Source: a virus. From it: a stretch of DNA of 36,682 bases. Made by a program: the position numbers and the translations under genes. The number at the start of each line of letters is the position of its first letter. Position 1 is the first letter of the stretch. The notes beneath the pieces are model-generated. The model was not told the origin of the DNA, made no database searches, and saw only the letters and a program-made list of their open reading frames with translations. Location of the stretch: UHGV virus genome UHGV-1482696. One strand, 5' to 3'. Below are positions 17,790-27,612 of the stretch, piece after piece.

Positions 17790-17985
17790 ACGGAATCAGA
17801 CGTGAAATCAGCTGCACAGATTTTTTAAAACGCGCCACGGGATTTTTAAACCGGTATTTAACGGTGTATGAATCCCGTTTTATCTTCCTTCCACTTTCTT
17901 TCTCCAGTACTCAAATAGCATAACCCCAGATTTTCCCGCACCTCCCGCAAACTGACTGCTCACAAACCATGATGAGCAGCAGGAC
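17790..17985 (+). promoter_or_regulatory. G-I intergenic region: expected location of the central strong gyrase site and the late promoter PI
   Basis: Only sizeable non-coding stretch in the head region, near the midpoint of the prophage; contains a 7-bp inverted repeat CGGGATT (17838-17844) / AATCCCG (17871-17877). Confidence 0.5.
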
Positions 17986-19071
17986 ATGAAAAAACACGCG
18001 ATTGGCATTGCCGCACTGAGTGCGCTGTCCATTGACGATGACGGCTGGTGCCAGCTATTGCCTGCCGGTCATTTCAGTGCCCGTGATGGTCGTCCGTTTG
18101 ATGTGACAGGCGGTCAGGGGTGGTTCATCGACGGTGAGATTGCCGGGCGTCTGGTTGAAGGCGTTCGCGCGCTCAACCAGGACGTGCTGATTGATTACGA
18201 GCATAACCAGCTACGTAAGGACAAAGGATTACCCCCGGAACAACTCGTCGCGGCTGGCTGGTTTAACGCCGATGAAATGCAGTGGCGTGAAGGTGAAGGA
18301 TTATTTATCCACCCACGCTGGACGGCGGCGGCACAGCAGCGCATCGATGACGGCGAATTTGGTTATCTCTCTGCAGTTTTTCCGTATGACACCGCCACCG
18401 GTGCGGTGCTGCAAATCCGCCTTGCTGCGCTGACCAATGACCCCGGTGCCACCGGCATGAAAAAGCTGACCGCACTGGCGGCAGACCTTCCCGACATCCT
18501 TCAACAGGAGAACAAACCCATGAATGAAACGCTGCGCAAGCTGCTTGCGCGTCTTGGGGTGACGGTCCCCGAAAATGCAGACATCACCGATGAACAGGCA
18601 ACAGCGGCACTGACCGCGCTGGACACGCTGGAAAGTAACGCCGGGAAAGTGGCGGCGTTGTCTGCCGAACTGGAAAAGGCACAGAAAGCCGCCGTTGACC
18701 TGACGAAATACGTCCCGGTGGAAAGCTACAACGCCCTGCGTGATGAACTGGCACAGGCGACTGCACAAAGCGCCACAGCCAGCCTGAGCGCCGTTCTGGA
18801 CAAGGCGGAACAGGAAGGCCGCATTTTCAAAAGCGAACGTGCCTATCTGGAACAGCTTGGCGGCCAGATTGGCGTGGCGGCACTGTCGGCACAGCTTGAG
18901 AAAAAACAGCCCATCGCTGCGTTATCTGCCATGCAGACCACCACAGCGAAAATCCCGTCGCAGGAAAAAACGGCTGTGGCGGTGCTGTCTGCTGATGAAC
19001 AGGCAGCAGTGAAGGCGCTCGGCATTACAGAGGCTGAGTATCTGAAAATGAAACAGGAACAAGAAAAATGA
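17986..19071 (+). CDS. I: Head protease/scaffold protein I
   Basis: 361 aa MKKHAIGIAALSALSIDDDGWCQLLPAGHF...; Ala/Gln/Glu-rich coiled-coil C-terminal half. Confidence 0.88.
   Translation: MKKHAIGIAALSALSIDDDGWCQLLPAGHFSARDGRPFDVTGGQGWFIDGEIAGRLVEGVRALNQDVLIDYEHNQLRKDKGLPPEQLVAAGWFNADEMQWREGEGLFIHPRWTAAAQQRIDDGEFGYLSAVFPYDTATGAVLQIRLAALTNDPGATGMKKLTALAADLPDILQQENKPMNETLRKLLARLGVTVPENADITDEQATAALTALDTLESNAGKVAALSAELEKAQKAAVDLTKYVPVESYNALRDELAQATAQSATASLSAVLDKAEQEGRIFKSERAYLEQLGGQIGVAALSAQLEKKQPIAALSAMQTTTAKIPSQEKTAVAVLSADEQAAVKALGITEAEYLKMKQEQEK
18520..19071 (+). CDS. Z: Possible nested scaffold protein Z from in-frame internal start
   Basis: In-frame ATG 18520 (MNETLRKLLARLG...) preceded by AGGAG at 18506-18510; Mu expresses scaffold Z from within I. 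Confidence 0.4.
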   Translation: MNETLRKLLARLGVTVPENADITDEQATAALTALDTLESNAGKVAALSAELEKAQKAAVDLTKYVPVESYNALRDELAQATAQSATASLSAVLDKAEQEGRIFKSERAYLEQLGGQIGVAALSAQLEKKQPIAALSAMQTTTAKIPSQEKTAVAVLSADEQAAVKALGITEAEYLKMKQEQEK

Positions 19072-19985
19072 TTGTCACCCCGGCATCCATTAAAGCCCTG
19101 ATGACCTCCTGGCGTAAGGATTTTCAGGGCGGTCTTGAAGACGCCCCGTCGCAGTACAGCAAAATTGCAATGGTGGTGAACTCCTCCTCCCGCAGTAATA
19201 CCTATGGCTGGCTGGGTAAATTCCCTGCCATGAAAGAATGGGTGGGTAAGCGAACCATTCAGCAAATGGCAGCGCATGGCTACTCCATCGCCAATAAAAC
19301 GTTTGAAGGCACCGTGGGCGTAAGCCGTGATGACTTCGAGGATGACAATCTGGGCATTTATGCGCCGATGTTTCAGGAGATGGGCCGTTCTGCGGCAGTT
19401 CAGCCGGATGAGCTGATTTTTAAACTTCTGAAAGATGGCTTTACCCAGCCGTGCTATGACGGTCAGAACTTCTTCGACAAGGAGCATCCGGTATATCCGA
19501 ATGTGGACGGCACGGGCAGCGCGGTTAATACCTCCAACATCGTTGAGCAGGACAGCTTCAGCGGTCTGCCGTTCTATCTGCTGGACTGCTCCCGCGCAGT
19601 CAAACCGCTGATTTTCCAGGAGCGCCGCAAACCGGAACTGGTCGCACGTACCCGTATCGATGACGACCACGTTTTTATGGATAACGAGTTCCTGTTTGGT
19701 GCCAGCGCCCGCCGTGCTGCCGGTTACGGCTTCTGGCAGATGGCTGTCGCGGTAAAAGGTGATCTGACGCTGGATAACCTCTGGAAGGGCTGGCAACTGA
19801 TGCGTGCGTTTGAAGGTGATGGCGGTAAGAAGCTGGGCCTGAAGCCGACACATATCGTTGTACCGGTCGGGCTGGAAAAAGCCGCAGAGCAACTGCTTAA
19901 CCGTGAACTGTTCGCGGATGGCAATACCACCGTCTCCAACGAGATGAAGGGCAAGCTGCAACTGGTTGTCGCTGACTACCTGTAA
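19068..19985 (+). CDS. T: Major capsid protein T
   Basis: 305 aa following protease/scaffold; start overlaps I stop (ATGA). Confidence 0.88.
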   Translation: MIVTPASIKALMTSWRKDFQGGLEDAPSQYSKIAMVVNSSSRSNTYGWLGKFPAMKEWVGKRTIQQMAAHGYSIANKTFEGTVGVSRDDFEDDNLGIYAPMFQEMGRSAAVQPDELIFKLLKDGFTQPCYDGQNFFDKEHPVYPNVDGTGSAVNTSNIVEQDSFSGLPFYLLDCSRAVKPLIFQERRKPELVARTRIDDDHVFMDNEFLFGASARRAAGYGFWQMAVAVKGDLTLDNLWKGWQLMRAFEGDGGKKLGLKPTHIVVPVGLEKAAEQLLNRELFADGNTTVSNEMKGKLQLVVADYL

Positions 19986-19993
19986 CCGTCATT

Positions 19994-20017
19994 AAAAGGC
20001 GGTTCAGACCGCCTTTT
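19994..20017 (+). terminator. Hairpin terminator after major capsid gene
   Basis: AAAAGGCGGT-TCAG-ACCGCCTTTT perfect 10-bp stem. Confidence 0.7.
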
Positions 20018-20051
20018 AACCTGATTTAAAGGAAAAGGAGGAGCATGTGTT

Positions 20052-20462
20052 ATGTCAGGCACTTCGCTTAATTCACAACGGCTGGACACTTCTCGCATCA
20101 CTTGCACGGCGATTATTAAATGCCTTCGTCCGGTCTACCGCCGCGCCGGAATCGCCTTTACGCGTGGCGAAAACACCGTGGAAGTCACCGAAGAACAACT
20201 GGCGATCATTCGTGCCGACAGCGTGCTGTCTGTGGTATCTGCATCGTCAGCAGAAACGCTCGCTGAGGCTGGGGGGCTGGACGTTCTGGGTGTGGGCGAT
20301 CTGAATACCCGTATCTGTGCGACCGTTGCCGGTCTGGATAAGGCAAACCCGGAGCACTTTACCGCAGGGGGGGAACCCAAAGTGAAAGCCGTCAGTGCGG
20401 CGCTGGGGGAACCGGTGAGCAGTGCGCAAATCAAAGCGGCGCTGGCTGAGGCGGATGCATGA
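20052..20462 (+). CDS. Head-region hypothetical protein (Mu gp35-like)
   Basis: 136-aa ORF downstream of capsid gene. Confidence 0.6.
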   Translation: MSGTSLNSQRLDTSRITCTAIIKCLRPVYRRAGIAFTRGENTVEVTEEQLAIIRADSVLSVVSASSAETLAEAGGLDVLGVGDLNTRICATVAGLDKANPEHFTAGGEPKVKAVSAALGEPVSSAQIKAALAEADA

Positions 20463-20884
20463 ATTACGCGACGGTAAATGACCTGTGCGCCCGCTATACA
20501 CGTACGCGGCTGGATATTCTCACCCGCCCTAAAACAGCGGACGGTCAGCCGGATGATGCCGTGGCAGAACAGGCACTGGCAGATGCTTCGGCCTTTATTG
20601 ATGGCTATCTCGCCGCGCGCTTTGTTCTGCCGCTTACCGTCGTCCCCTCACTGCTGAAACGGCAGTGTTGCGTGGTGGCCTGGTTTTATCTGAATGAATC
20701 ACAACCCACCGAGCAGATCACCGCTGCCTACAGGGACACAGTGCACTGGCTGGAACAGGTGCGCGATGGAAAAACAGATCCCGGCGTGGAAAGCAGGACG
20801 GCAGCCTCGCCGGATGGTGAAAACCTTGTGCAGGTGCAGTCTGACGCGCCGGTCTTCTCACGAAAACAGAAGGGGTTTATCTGA
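20459..20884 (+). CDS. J: Head completion / neck protein J
   Basis: 141 aa; overlaps upstream stop; synteny. Confidence 0.75.
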   Translation: MNYATVNDLCARYTRTRLDILTRPKTADGQPDDAVAEQALADASAFIDGYLAARFVLPLTVVPSLLKRQCCVVAWFYLNESQPTEQITAAYRDTVHWLEQVRDGKTDPGVESRTAASPDGENLVQVQSDAPVFSRKQKGFI

Positions 20885-21432
20885 TGCTGGAAGAAACCGA
20901 AGCCGCACTACTGGCGCGCGTTCGTGAGTTGTTTGGGGCAACCCTGCGGCAGGTGGAACCCCTTACCGGCACATGGACTAACGAGGATGTGCACCGTCTC
21001 TTTCTGGCCCCGCCATCGGTATTTCTGGCATGGATGGGCTGTGGTGAGGGGCGTACGCGTCGGGAAGTTGAAAGTCGCTGGGCATTTTTTGTCGTGGCGG
21101 AGTTGCTGAACGGGGAACCGGTAAACCGGCCCGGTATTTATCAGATTGTGGAGCGACTGATTGCCGGTGTTAACGGTCAGACGTTTGGCCCGACCACCGG
21201 GATGAGACTGACGCAGGTCAGAAATCTTTGTGACGACAACCGTATCAATGCCGGTGTGGTGCTTTACGGCGTTCTGTTCAGTGGCACTACTCCGCTGCCG
21301 TCCGTGGTGGACATGGATTCGCTGGATGATTACGAGCGTCACTGGCAGACCTGGAAATTCCCGGACGAAACCCCGGAATTTGCCGCACATATCAATGTGA
21401 ATCAGGAAAAGGATCATGATGCTGAAAATTAA
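20884..21432 (+). CDS. K: Head-tail joining protein K
   Basis: 182 aa; ATG overlaps J stop (TGATG). Confidence 0.75.
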   Translation: MLEETEAALLARVRELFGATLRQVEPLTGTWTNEDVHRLFLAPPSVFLAWMGCGEGRTRREVESRWAFFVVAELLNGEPVNRPGIYQIVERLIAGVNGQTFGPTTGMRLTQVRNLCDDNRINAGVVLYGVLFSGTTPLPSVVDMDSLDDYERHWQTWKFPDETPEFAAHINVNQEKDHDAEN

Positions 21433-21622
21433 ACCCGCAGCGGGAAAAGCCATCCGTGACCCGCTCACGATGAAATTACTGGCGTCTGAGGGGGAAGAAA
21501 AGCCCCGTAACAGTTTCTGGATACGTCGCCTTGCAGCCGGTGATGTGGTTGAAGTCGGGAGCACCGAAAACACGGCGGATGATACCGACGCTGCGCCGAA
21601 AAAACGGAGTAAATCGAAATGA
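21416..21622 (+). CDS. Small tail-region protein (Mu gp38-like)
   Basis: 68-aa ORF, AAGGA RBS, bridging K and sheath gene. Confidence 0.55.
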
Positions 21623-23106
21623 GCGATATTTCATTTAACGCGATCCCGTCAGATGTTCGCGTTCCTCTGACGTATATCGAATTTGATAACAGTAATGCCG
21701 TCAGCGGAACACCGGCACCCCGTCAGCGCGTGCTGATGTTCGGGCAAAGCGGAAGTAAAGCCAGTGCGGCACCAAACGTGCCTGTCCGTATCCGTTCCGG
21801 CTCACAGGCCAGTGCGGCGTTTGGTCAGGGTTCCATGCTGGCACTGATGGCAGATGCATTCCTGAACGCTAACCGCGTGGCGGAGCTGTGGTGTATTCCG
21901 CAGGGGAACGGCACCGGTAATGCGGCTGTCGGTGAAATTTCACTGTCAGGAACGGCAGGCGAAAACGGCTCGCTTGTGACTTACATTGCCGGTCAGCGAC
22001 TGGCGGTATCTGTCGCAGCAGGTGCAACGGGAGCGGCGCTGGCTGACCTGCTGGTTGCCCGAATCAAAGGCCAGCCTGATTTACCGGTGACGGCAGAAGT
22101 TCGCGCAGACAGCGGGGATGATGACACCCATGCAGATGTGGTTCTGAGTGCAAAATTTACGGGTGCATTATCTGCCGTGGACGTGCGCTGGAACTATTAC
22201 GCGGGTGAAACGACCCCTTACGGGATTATCACGGCATTCAAAGCCGCCTCCGGGAAAAATGGCAACCCGGATATCAGCGCAAGTATCGCGGGAATGGGCG
22301 ATCTGCAATACAAATATATTGTGATGCCCTATACCGATGAACCGAACCTGAATTTGTTACGCACTGAATTGCAGGAACGCTGGGGACCGGTCAATCAGGC
22401 TGATGGCTTTGCTGTGACAGTGCTGTCCGGCACGTATGGGGACATTTCCACGTTTGGTGTCAGCCGTAATGACCATCTGATTTCCTGTATGGGGATTGCC
22501 GGTGCACCGGAACCGTCATATCTGTACGCCGCCACACTGTGTGCCGTTGCCAGCCAGGCGCTTTCCATCGACCCGGCGCGTCCACTCCAGACGCTGACGT
22601 TGCCCGGAAGAATGCCGCCTGCGGTGGGGGATCGTTTCACCTGGTCAGAACGTAATGCGCTGCTGTTTGACGGCATCTCCACGTTTAACGTGAATGATGG
22701 TGGTGAAATGCAGATTGAACGCATGATCACGATGTACCGCACAAACAAGTACGGTGACAGCGATCCGTCTTATCTGAACGTGAATACCATCGCCACGCTG
22801 AGTTATCTGCGTTATTCGCTGCGAACCCGCATCACGCAGAAATTCCCGAACTACAAGCTGGCAAGTGATGGCACCCGCTTTGCCACCGGTCAGGCCGTGG
22901 TGACGCCATCCGTGATCAAAACGGAGCTGCTGGCACTGTTTGAAGAATGGGAAAACGCCGGACTGGTCGAGGATTTCGACACGTTCAAAGAGGAGCTGTA
23001 TGTGGCACGTAACAAGGACGACAAAGACCGTCTTGATGTGCTGTGCGGCCCGAATCTGATTAACCAGTTCCGCATTTTCGCGGCACAAGTTCAGTTCATT
23101 CTGTAA
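21619..23106 (+). CDS. L: Contractile tail sheath protein L
   Basis: 495 aa, size and position of Mu L. Confidence 0.88.
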
Positions 23107-23115
23107 GGAGCATTT

Positions 23116-23472
23116 ATGGCTGGAAATCAGCGTCAGGGGGTGGCGTTCATCCGTGTCAATGGCATGGAGCTTGAAACGATGGAAGGTGCCTCCTTCACAC
23201 CTTCCGGCATCACCCGTGAAGAAGTGACCGGCTCGCGGGTTTATGGCTGGAAAGGTAAACCACGTGCCGCAAAGCTGGAATGCAAAATTCCGGGCGGTGG
23301 TGATATCGGTCTGGATGAAATCATCGGCTGGGAAAACATCACGGCAGAGTTTCAGGCAGACACCGGTGAAACCTGGATGATGGCGAATGCCTGGCAGGCA
23401 GATGAACCGAAAAACGACGGCGGCGAAATTTCGCTGGTACTGATGGCAAAACAAAGCAAACGCATTGCATAA
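23116..23472 (+). CDS. M: Tail tube protein M
   Basis: 118 aa directly after sheath, RBS AAGGAG. Confidence 0.85.
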   Translation: MAGNQRQGVAFIRVNGMELETMEGASFTPSGITREEVTGSRVYGWKGKPRAAKLECKIPGGGDIGLDEIIGWENITAEFQADTGETWMMANAWQADEPKNDGGEISLVLMAKQSKRIA

Positions 23473-23481
23473 GGGGAAACA

Positions 23482-23916
23482 ATGGACGAAATGAATTTAG
23501 GTCCTGAAGCACAGGAACTGCATGACAGCATTGTGGCAGAAATTCAGTCCGGAGTGCTGAAACTGAAAGACGGCCTGCCGTTCGGCACCGGTGACGAGAC
23601 TGAAATGCAGTATGACGTGACACTGCGTGAACTGACCGCAGGCGATATGATTGATGCACAGGCGGCTGCTGAAAAGCTTGTAATGAGCAAGGAAGGTCCG
23701 GTGCTGGTCAGTTCCCCGTCCCGGATGGGACTGGAAATGCTGCGCCGACAGATTGCCAGCGTGGGCTGCATCAAAGGCCCGTTGTCGATGGCGCTGATTC
23801 GTAAGCTGTCTGTCGATGACTTCCAGCGTCTGTCGCTGGCCACAGAAATGTACGACATGGCTGTGGCGGCATCGCTGACACAAGAACGGGGGCGAGTGGC
23901 TGCGGTGCCGGAATGA
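23482..23916 (+). CDS. Tail assembly chaperone (Mu gp41-like)
   Basis: 144-aa acidic ORF between tube and tape-measure genes. Confidence 0.65.
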   Translation: MDEMNLGPEAQELHDSIVAEIQSGVLKLKDGLPFGTGDETEMQYDVTLRELTAGDMIDAQAAAEKLVMSKEGPVLVSSPSRMGLEMLRRQIASVGCIKGPLSMALIRKLSVDDFQRLSLATEMYDMAVAASLTQERGRVAAVPE

Positions 23917-24060
23917 TATTGAGAAAGCGGCGACAGCGATTGGCGTTATTCTGAAAAGTGGCCCGGAATGGGCCTTGTCTCTCCCGCTGTCCCGCTTTTT
24001 CCGGCACTGCCAGCAGGCTAAAACCCTCTCTCAATATCACCGTTAAATCAGGAAATCTCT

Positions 24061-26121
24061 ATGACCGGGAAACGCTTAAAGGCGTCTGTCATTATTGATC
24101 TTAATGGCAATCTTTCCCGGCGTTCCCGCCAGTATTCGAACCAGATAAACGCCCTGTCCCGTAGCGGGCAAAGTTCCCTTCGTGCCCTGCGTATGGAGGT
24201 TGTGCGCGTTTCTGGTGCCATTGACAGAATGGGTTCACTGTCAACCCGTACATTCCGAATGCTGTCAGCCGGGGCGCTGGGTATCGCTGGTGTGGGTTAC
24301 ACCGCCAATAAACTGTTTATTGGTGCAGCCGCCCAGCGTGAGCAGCAAATTATCGCCATGAACTCGCTGTATCACGGCGATAAGGTCAGAGCGCAGGCCA
24401 TGATGGCCTGGGCAAAGCAGAACGCGAAGGACACCACGTGGGGGCTGAGTGGTGTTCTTGATGAGATCCGTTCGTCGAAAGGCTTCGGCATGACGGATGA
24501 ACAGACGAAACAGTTCATCACCATGTTGCAGGATCAGGGGGCCATGCACGGCTGGGATTTACCCACTGCACAGGGTGCCTCACTGCAACTGAAACAGATG
24601 TTTGCCCGCCAGCAAATCACAGCGGCGGATGCCAACCTGCTGACCGGTTACGGTATCAACGTTTATCAGGCGCTGGCGGATGCAACGGGAACGGACGTTA
24701 AAAAAATCCGTGATCTGGGTACAAAGGGCAAGCTGGGCATGAAATCCATTCTGACGGTATTCAGAACGCTGTCAGAACAGTCAAAAGGTGCACAGGCCAG
24801 TGCGATGAACTCCTGGGACGGGATGTTCGCCCAGATGGAAGCCAACCTGCTTGAATTTCGCATAAAGGTGGCAAACAGCGGCCCCTTTGAAGAAATCAAG
24901 AACGAGATGCGCCGGGTGCTTAACTGGCACGACATGGCGGATAAATCCGGGGAACTTGACGCCCTGGCAGAAAACATTGGTCAGAAATTTCTGACCACGT
25001 TCAGAACGGTAAAAATCGCGGCGCAGGAATTATGGCGCTGGCTGAAACCGGGTAAAGATGCGCTGGCATGGGTTGACCAGAATATTGTCAGCCTGAAAAA
25101 ACTGGCTGCTGTTCTGGTGTCTGTCTGGCTTGCCAATAAAGCCCTGAGAGCAGGCTGGGCCGTGGCAAAACCCTCATGGCAGGTTGCCAGTTATCCGTTT
25201 AAAACCGGGCGTCGTATGTGGCGCTGGATGCGAAACCGCAAACGTGGGCAGGCAGGTCTGCCGGTCCCGGATGCCATGACGTCTGAGACGCTGTTGCAGG
25301 GTATCGGCATTCAGCGTGTGTTTGTCATCAACTGGCCCCGTGGATTTGGTGGCTACGGGAGTGGCGGACGGAGCGGCGGAAGAATGGCACCGCTGTTACC
25401 CCGCCAGCCGTTATTGCTGTCCGGGCCACAGCCGCTGGCATTACCTGCACCACGCCCTGTACTGGCATTACCCCCACCCGGCGTACCGGTAACAGCACGG
25501 CCTGCACCATTACCTTTACCCGGTAAATCCGGTCTTCTGAGCAGGCTTGCAGGCAGTGCTGCCGGGCAACTGGTTACGGGAACGGTCGGAAAGCTGGCTG
25601 ATGCCGGGCGTGCTGTTGGCGGGTGGTTTTCCGGTATCGGAAACAAACTTGCAGGCAGTGCGATCGGTCGGGTTGTGACAAAAGGGGCCGGGGCGCTGGG
25701 CTGGATGGGAAAAGGTGCCGGTCGTGCGTTGTCACGTCTGGGTGGCCCGGTAATGGGGGCACTCCAGCTTGCCCCCGTCCTGATGGATGAGCAGGCGTCA
25801 ACCCATGAAAAAGCAGGCGCAATTGGCAGTACAGCCGGTGCATGGCTCGGCGGTGCCGTTGGCAGCCTTGCCGGACCGCTGGGTACGGTTGCCGGTGCCA
25901 CGCTGGGCAGTGTCGCCGGGGAGTATCTGGGCGGTTTTGTAACCGACCTGTATCAGAAATGGACGGCCCCGGATAAGGAACCGCAGGAACAAAAAGTGAA
26001 TGCGGAAGCCTCGCTGCGCGTCGAACTTGGCGAGGGGTTACGTCTGGCCAGTTCCCGTGTCACCGAGGATGGTATGGGGCTGAATATTTATGCGGGCGAT
26101 AACTACATTACAGGCTGGTAA
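24061..26121 (+). CDS. Y: Tail tape measure protein Y
   Basis: 686 aa; Gly/Ala/Pro-rich low-complexity C-terminal half with glycine-zipper-like repeats; position after chaperone. Confidence 0.88.
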   Translation: MTGKRLKASVIIDLNGNLSRRSRQYSNQINALSRSGQSSLRALRMEVVRVSGAIDRMGSLSTRTFRMLSAGALGIAGVGYTANKLFIGAAAQREQQIIAMNSLYHGDKVRAQAMMAWAKQNAKDTTWGLSGVLDEIRSSKGFGMTDEQTKQFITMLQDQGAMHGWDLPTAQGASLQLKQMFARQQITAADANLLTGYGINVYQALADATGTDVKKIRDLGTKGKLGMKSILTVFRTLSEQSKGAQASAMNSWDGMFAQMEANLLEFRIKVANSGPFEEIKNEMRRVLNWHDMADKSGELDALAENIGQKFLTTFRTVKIAAQELWRWLKPGKDALAWVDQNIVSLKKLAAVLVSVWLANKALRAGWAVAKPSWQVASYPFKTGRRMWRWMRNRKRGQAGLPVPDAMTSETLLQGIGIQRVFVINWPRGFGGYGSGGRSGGRMAPLLPRQPLLLSGPQPLALPAPRPVLALPPPGVPVTARPAPLPLPGKSGLLSRLAGSAAGQLVTGTVGKLADAGRAVGGWFSGIGNKLAGSAIGRVVTKGAGALGWMGKGAGRALSRLGGPVMGALQLAPVLMDEQASTHEKAGAIGSTAGAWLGGAVGSLAGPLGTVAGATLGSVAGEYLGGFVTDLYQKWTAPDKEPQEQKVNAEASLRVELGEGLRLASSRVTEDGMGLNIYAGDNYITGW

Positions 26122-26124
26122 ACC

Positions 26125-27612
26125 ATGTTTGAAGATGCTTTAAATGCCGTTAATGCTGTCCGGGATAAAATCAGCGGTGGTAAGAAAACAACCGGCAAAG
26201 GCACGTTCCGTAACGTGCCGTTTCTCGTCATCGAGGAGCAAAAACAGGCTGGCGGACGTCGCCTGGTTAAACGCGAGTACCCGTTACGTGATACCGGCGG
26301 CGTCAATGACCTGGGGAAAAAGCTTCGCTCCCGTACATTCAGCGCCTGCATTCTGAACAGCAACGCAGAAACAGCCAGAGATGAAGCGGGTGCGCTGATG
26401 GATGCTCTTGATGCTCCGGGTAGCGGTGAGCTGGTACATCCTGATTTCGGCACTGTGGACGTCATGGTGGATTCATGGGAATGCCGCACTAAAGCGGATG
26501 AACTGAATTATTACGCGTTCACCGTTACCGTTTATCCGTCGTTGCAGGATACTGCCCCGGACGCAGAGACAGACACCAGTGCAGCCGTACCGGCACAGGC
26601 CGTTGCTGTAACCGGTTCTCTGGGAGATACGCTGTCCTCTGTCTGGCAGACCGTAAAAGATGGCACTGCGGCGGCAACCGCCGTGATGGAAGCTGTAACC
26701 GGTGTCATCGATGATATCAGTGATGCGGTGGACAATCTGGGGGTTACGCAGACTGTCAGCGGTCTGATGGGATCGCTTTCTGCGATGAAAGGCTCTGTGA
26801 CCAGCCTGATTAACCAGCCTGCCATGCTGGCCTCCTCGCTGATGGGGGCGCTGTCCGGCGTTTCATCGTTATGCGATACCCGGACAGCATTTTCCACCTG
26901 GAACCGTCTGGCGCAGCGATTCGAACGTCGCCATGCCGCCACTGCAGGCAGACAGGGAACAATCACAACCTCGTACAACAGTCCGGTTGCAGAAAAAAAT
27001 ATTGCCACACTGAACTACGTCATGCTGGCAGCGGCGCAGACATACCGGGCAGAAGCTGCCAGCCAGGCACTGACTGCGGCACTGGATTTCAGTCGCCGGA
27101 TGGATAATGCCGCCCGTGCACCTGTACTGGATGCTCCGTCCACCACAACCGGCACAGCCAGCGGGGCCAGCAGCACATCTGCTACCGTCACACAGGGACA
27201 GTTACAGTTAACTGCCATAACCCCGGACGGCGGCTTTTCACAGGTATCCTTTTCAGACAGTGGTACAGCCACGCCCCCGGTATTTGAAAGTGTGTCCGAT
27301 ATCGGAAAAACAGCCGCCATGCTGGGAGCTGCACTGGATACCGTCATTCTGACGGCATCTGAGCAGGGCTTTTCGACAGACAGCGTTCAGCTTACGCAAC
27401 TGCGTCTGCTGGTTGTTGCCGACCTGGAAAAACGCGGGCTGCAACTGGCGGGCAGTGAAATGCACCGCCTGCCGGAGACGATGCCTGCAATGGTGGCCCT
27501 GTACCGTTACACAGGAAACAGCCGGAACTGGCAACGGCTGGCCCGCAGGAACGGTATCAGCAACCCGTTGTTTGTTCCCGGTGGTGTCAGTATTGAGGTG
27601 ATTAATGAGTAA
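26125..27612 (+). CDS. N: DNA circularization protein N
   Basis: 495 aa, matches Mu N. Confidence 0.85.
   Translation: MFEDALNAVNAVRDKISGGKKTTGKGTFRNVPFLVIEEQKQAGGRRLVKREYPLRDTGGVNDLGKKLRSRTFSACILNSNAETARDEAGALMDALDAPGSGELVHPDFGTVDVMVDSWECRTKADELNYYAFTVTVYPSLQDTAPDAETDTSAAVPAQAVAVTGSLGDTLSSVWQTVKDGTAAATAVMEAVTGVIDDISDAVDNLGVTQTVSGLMGSLSAMKGSVTSLINQPAMLASSLMGALSGVSSLCDTRTAFSTWNRLAQRFERRHAATAGRQGTITTSYNSPVAEKNIATLNYVMLAAAQTYRAEAASQALTAALDFSRRMDNAARAPVLDAPSTTTGTASGASSTSATVTQGQLQLTAITPDGGFSQVSFSDSGTATPPVFESVSDIGKTAAMLGAALDTVILTASEQGFSTDSVQLTQLRLLVVADLEKRGLQLAGSEMHRLPETMPAMVALYRYTGNSRNWQRLARRNGISNPLFVPGGVSIEVINE

Noticed and set aside
18843-19961. 372-aa minus-strand ORF antisense to the major capsid gene
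   Set aside because: Lies entirely opposite the well-supported capsid gene T; composition biased and no start context; antisense artefact.
20908-21573. 221-aa minus-strand ORF antisense to K and gp38
   Set aside because: Same reasoning: antisense to syntenic, translationally coupled head-tail genes.
22645-23454. 269-aa minus-strand ORF antisense to tail sheath and tube genes
   Set aside because: Opposite strand of confidently assigned sheath/tube genes; no independent signals.
23879-24046. Possible programmed frameshift extending the tail chaperone (lambda G/GT style) into the spacer before the tape measure gene
   Set aside because: A +1 frame is open from 23879 to 24046 and would add about 47 aa, but I see no slippery heptamer in the last codons of the chaperone gene, the required shift is +1 rather than the usual -1, and the extension is much shorter than typical GT-type products; the -1 frame closes after 16 codons. 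Left as unproven.
25353-25901. 182-aa and 89-aa minus-strand ORFs inside the tape measure gene
   Set aside because: Generated by the Gly/Ala/Pro repeat tract of the tape measure gene read on the opposite strand; Pro/Ala-rich nonsense.
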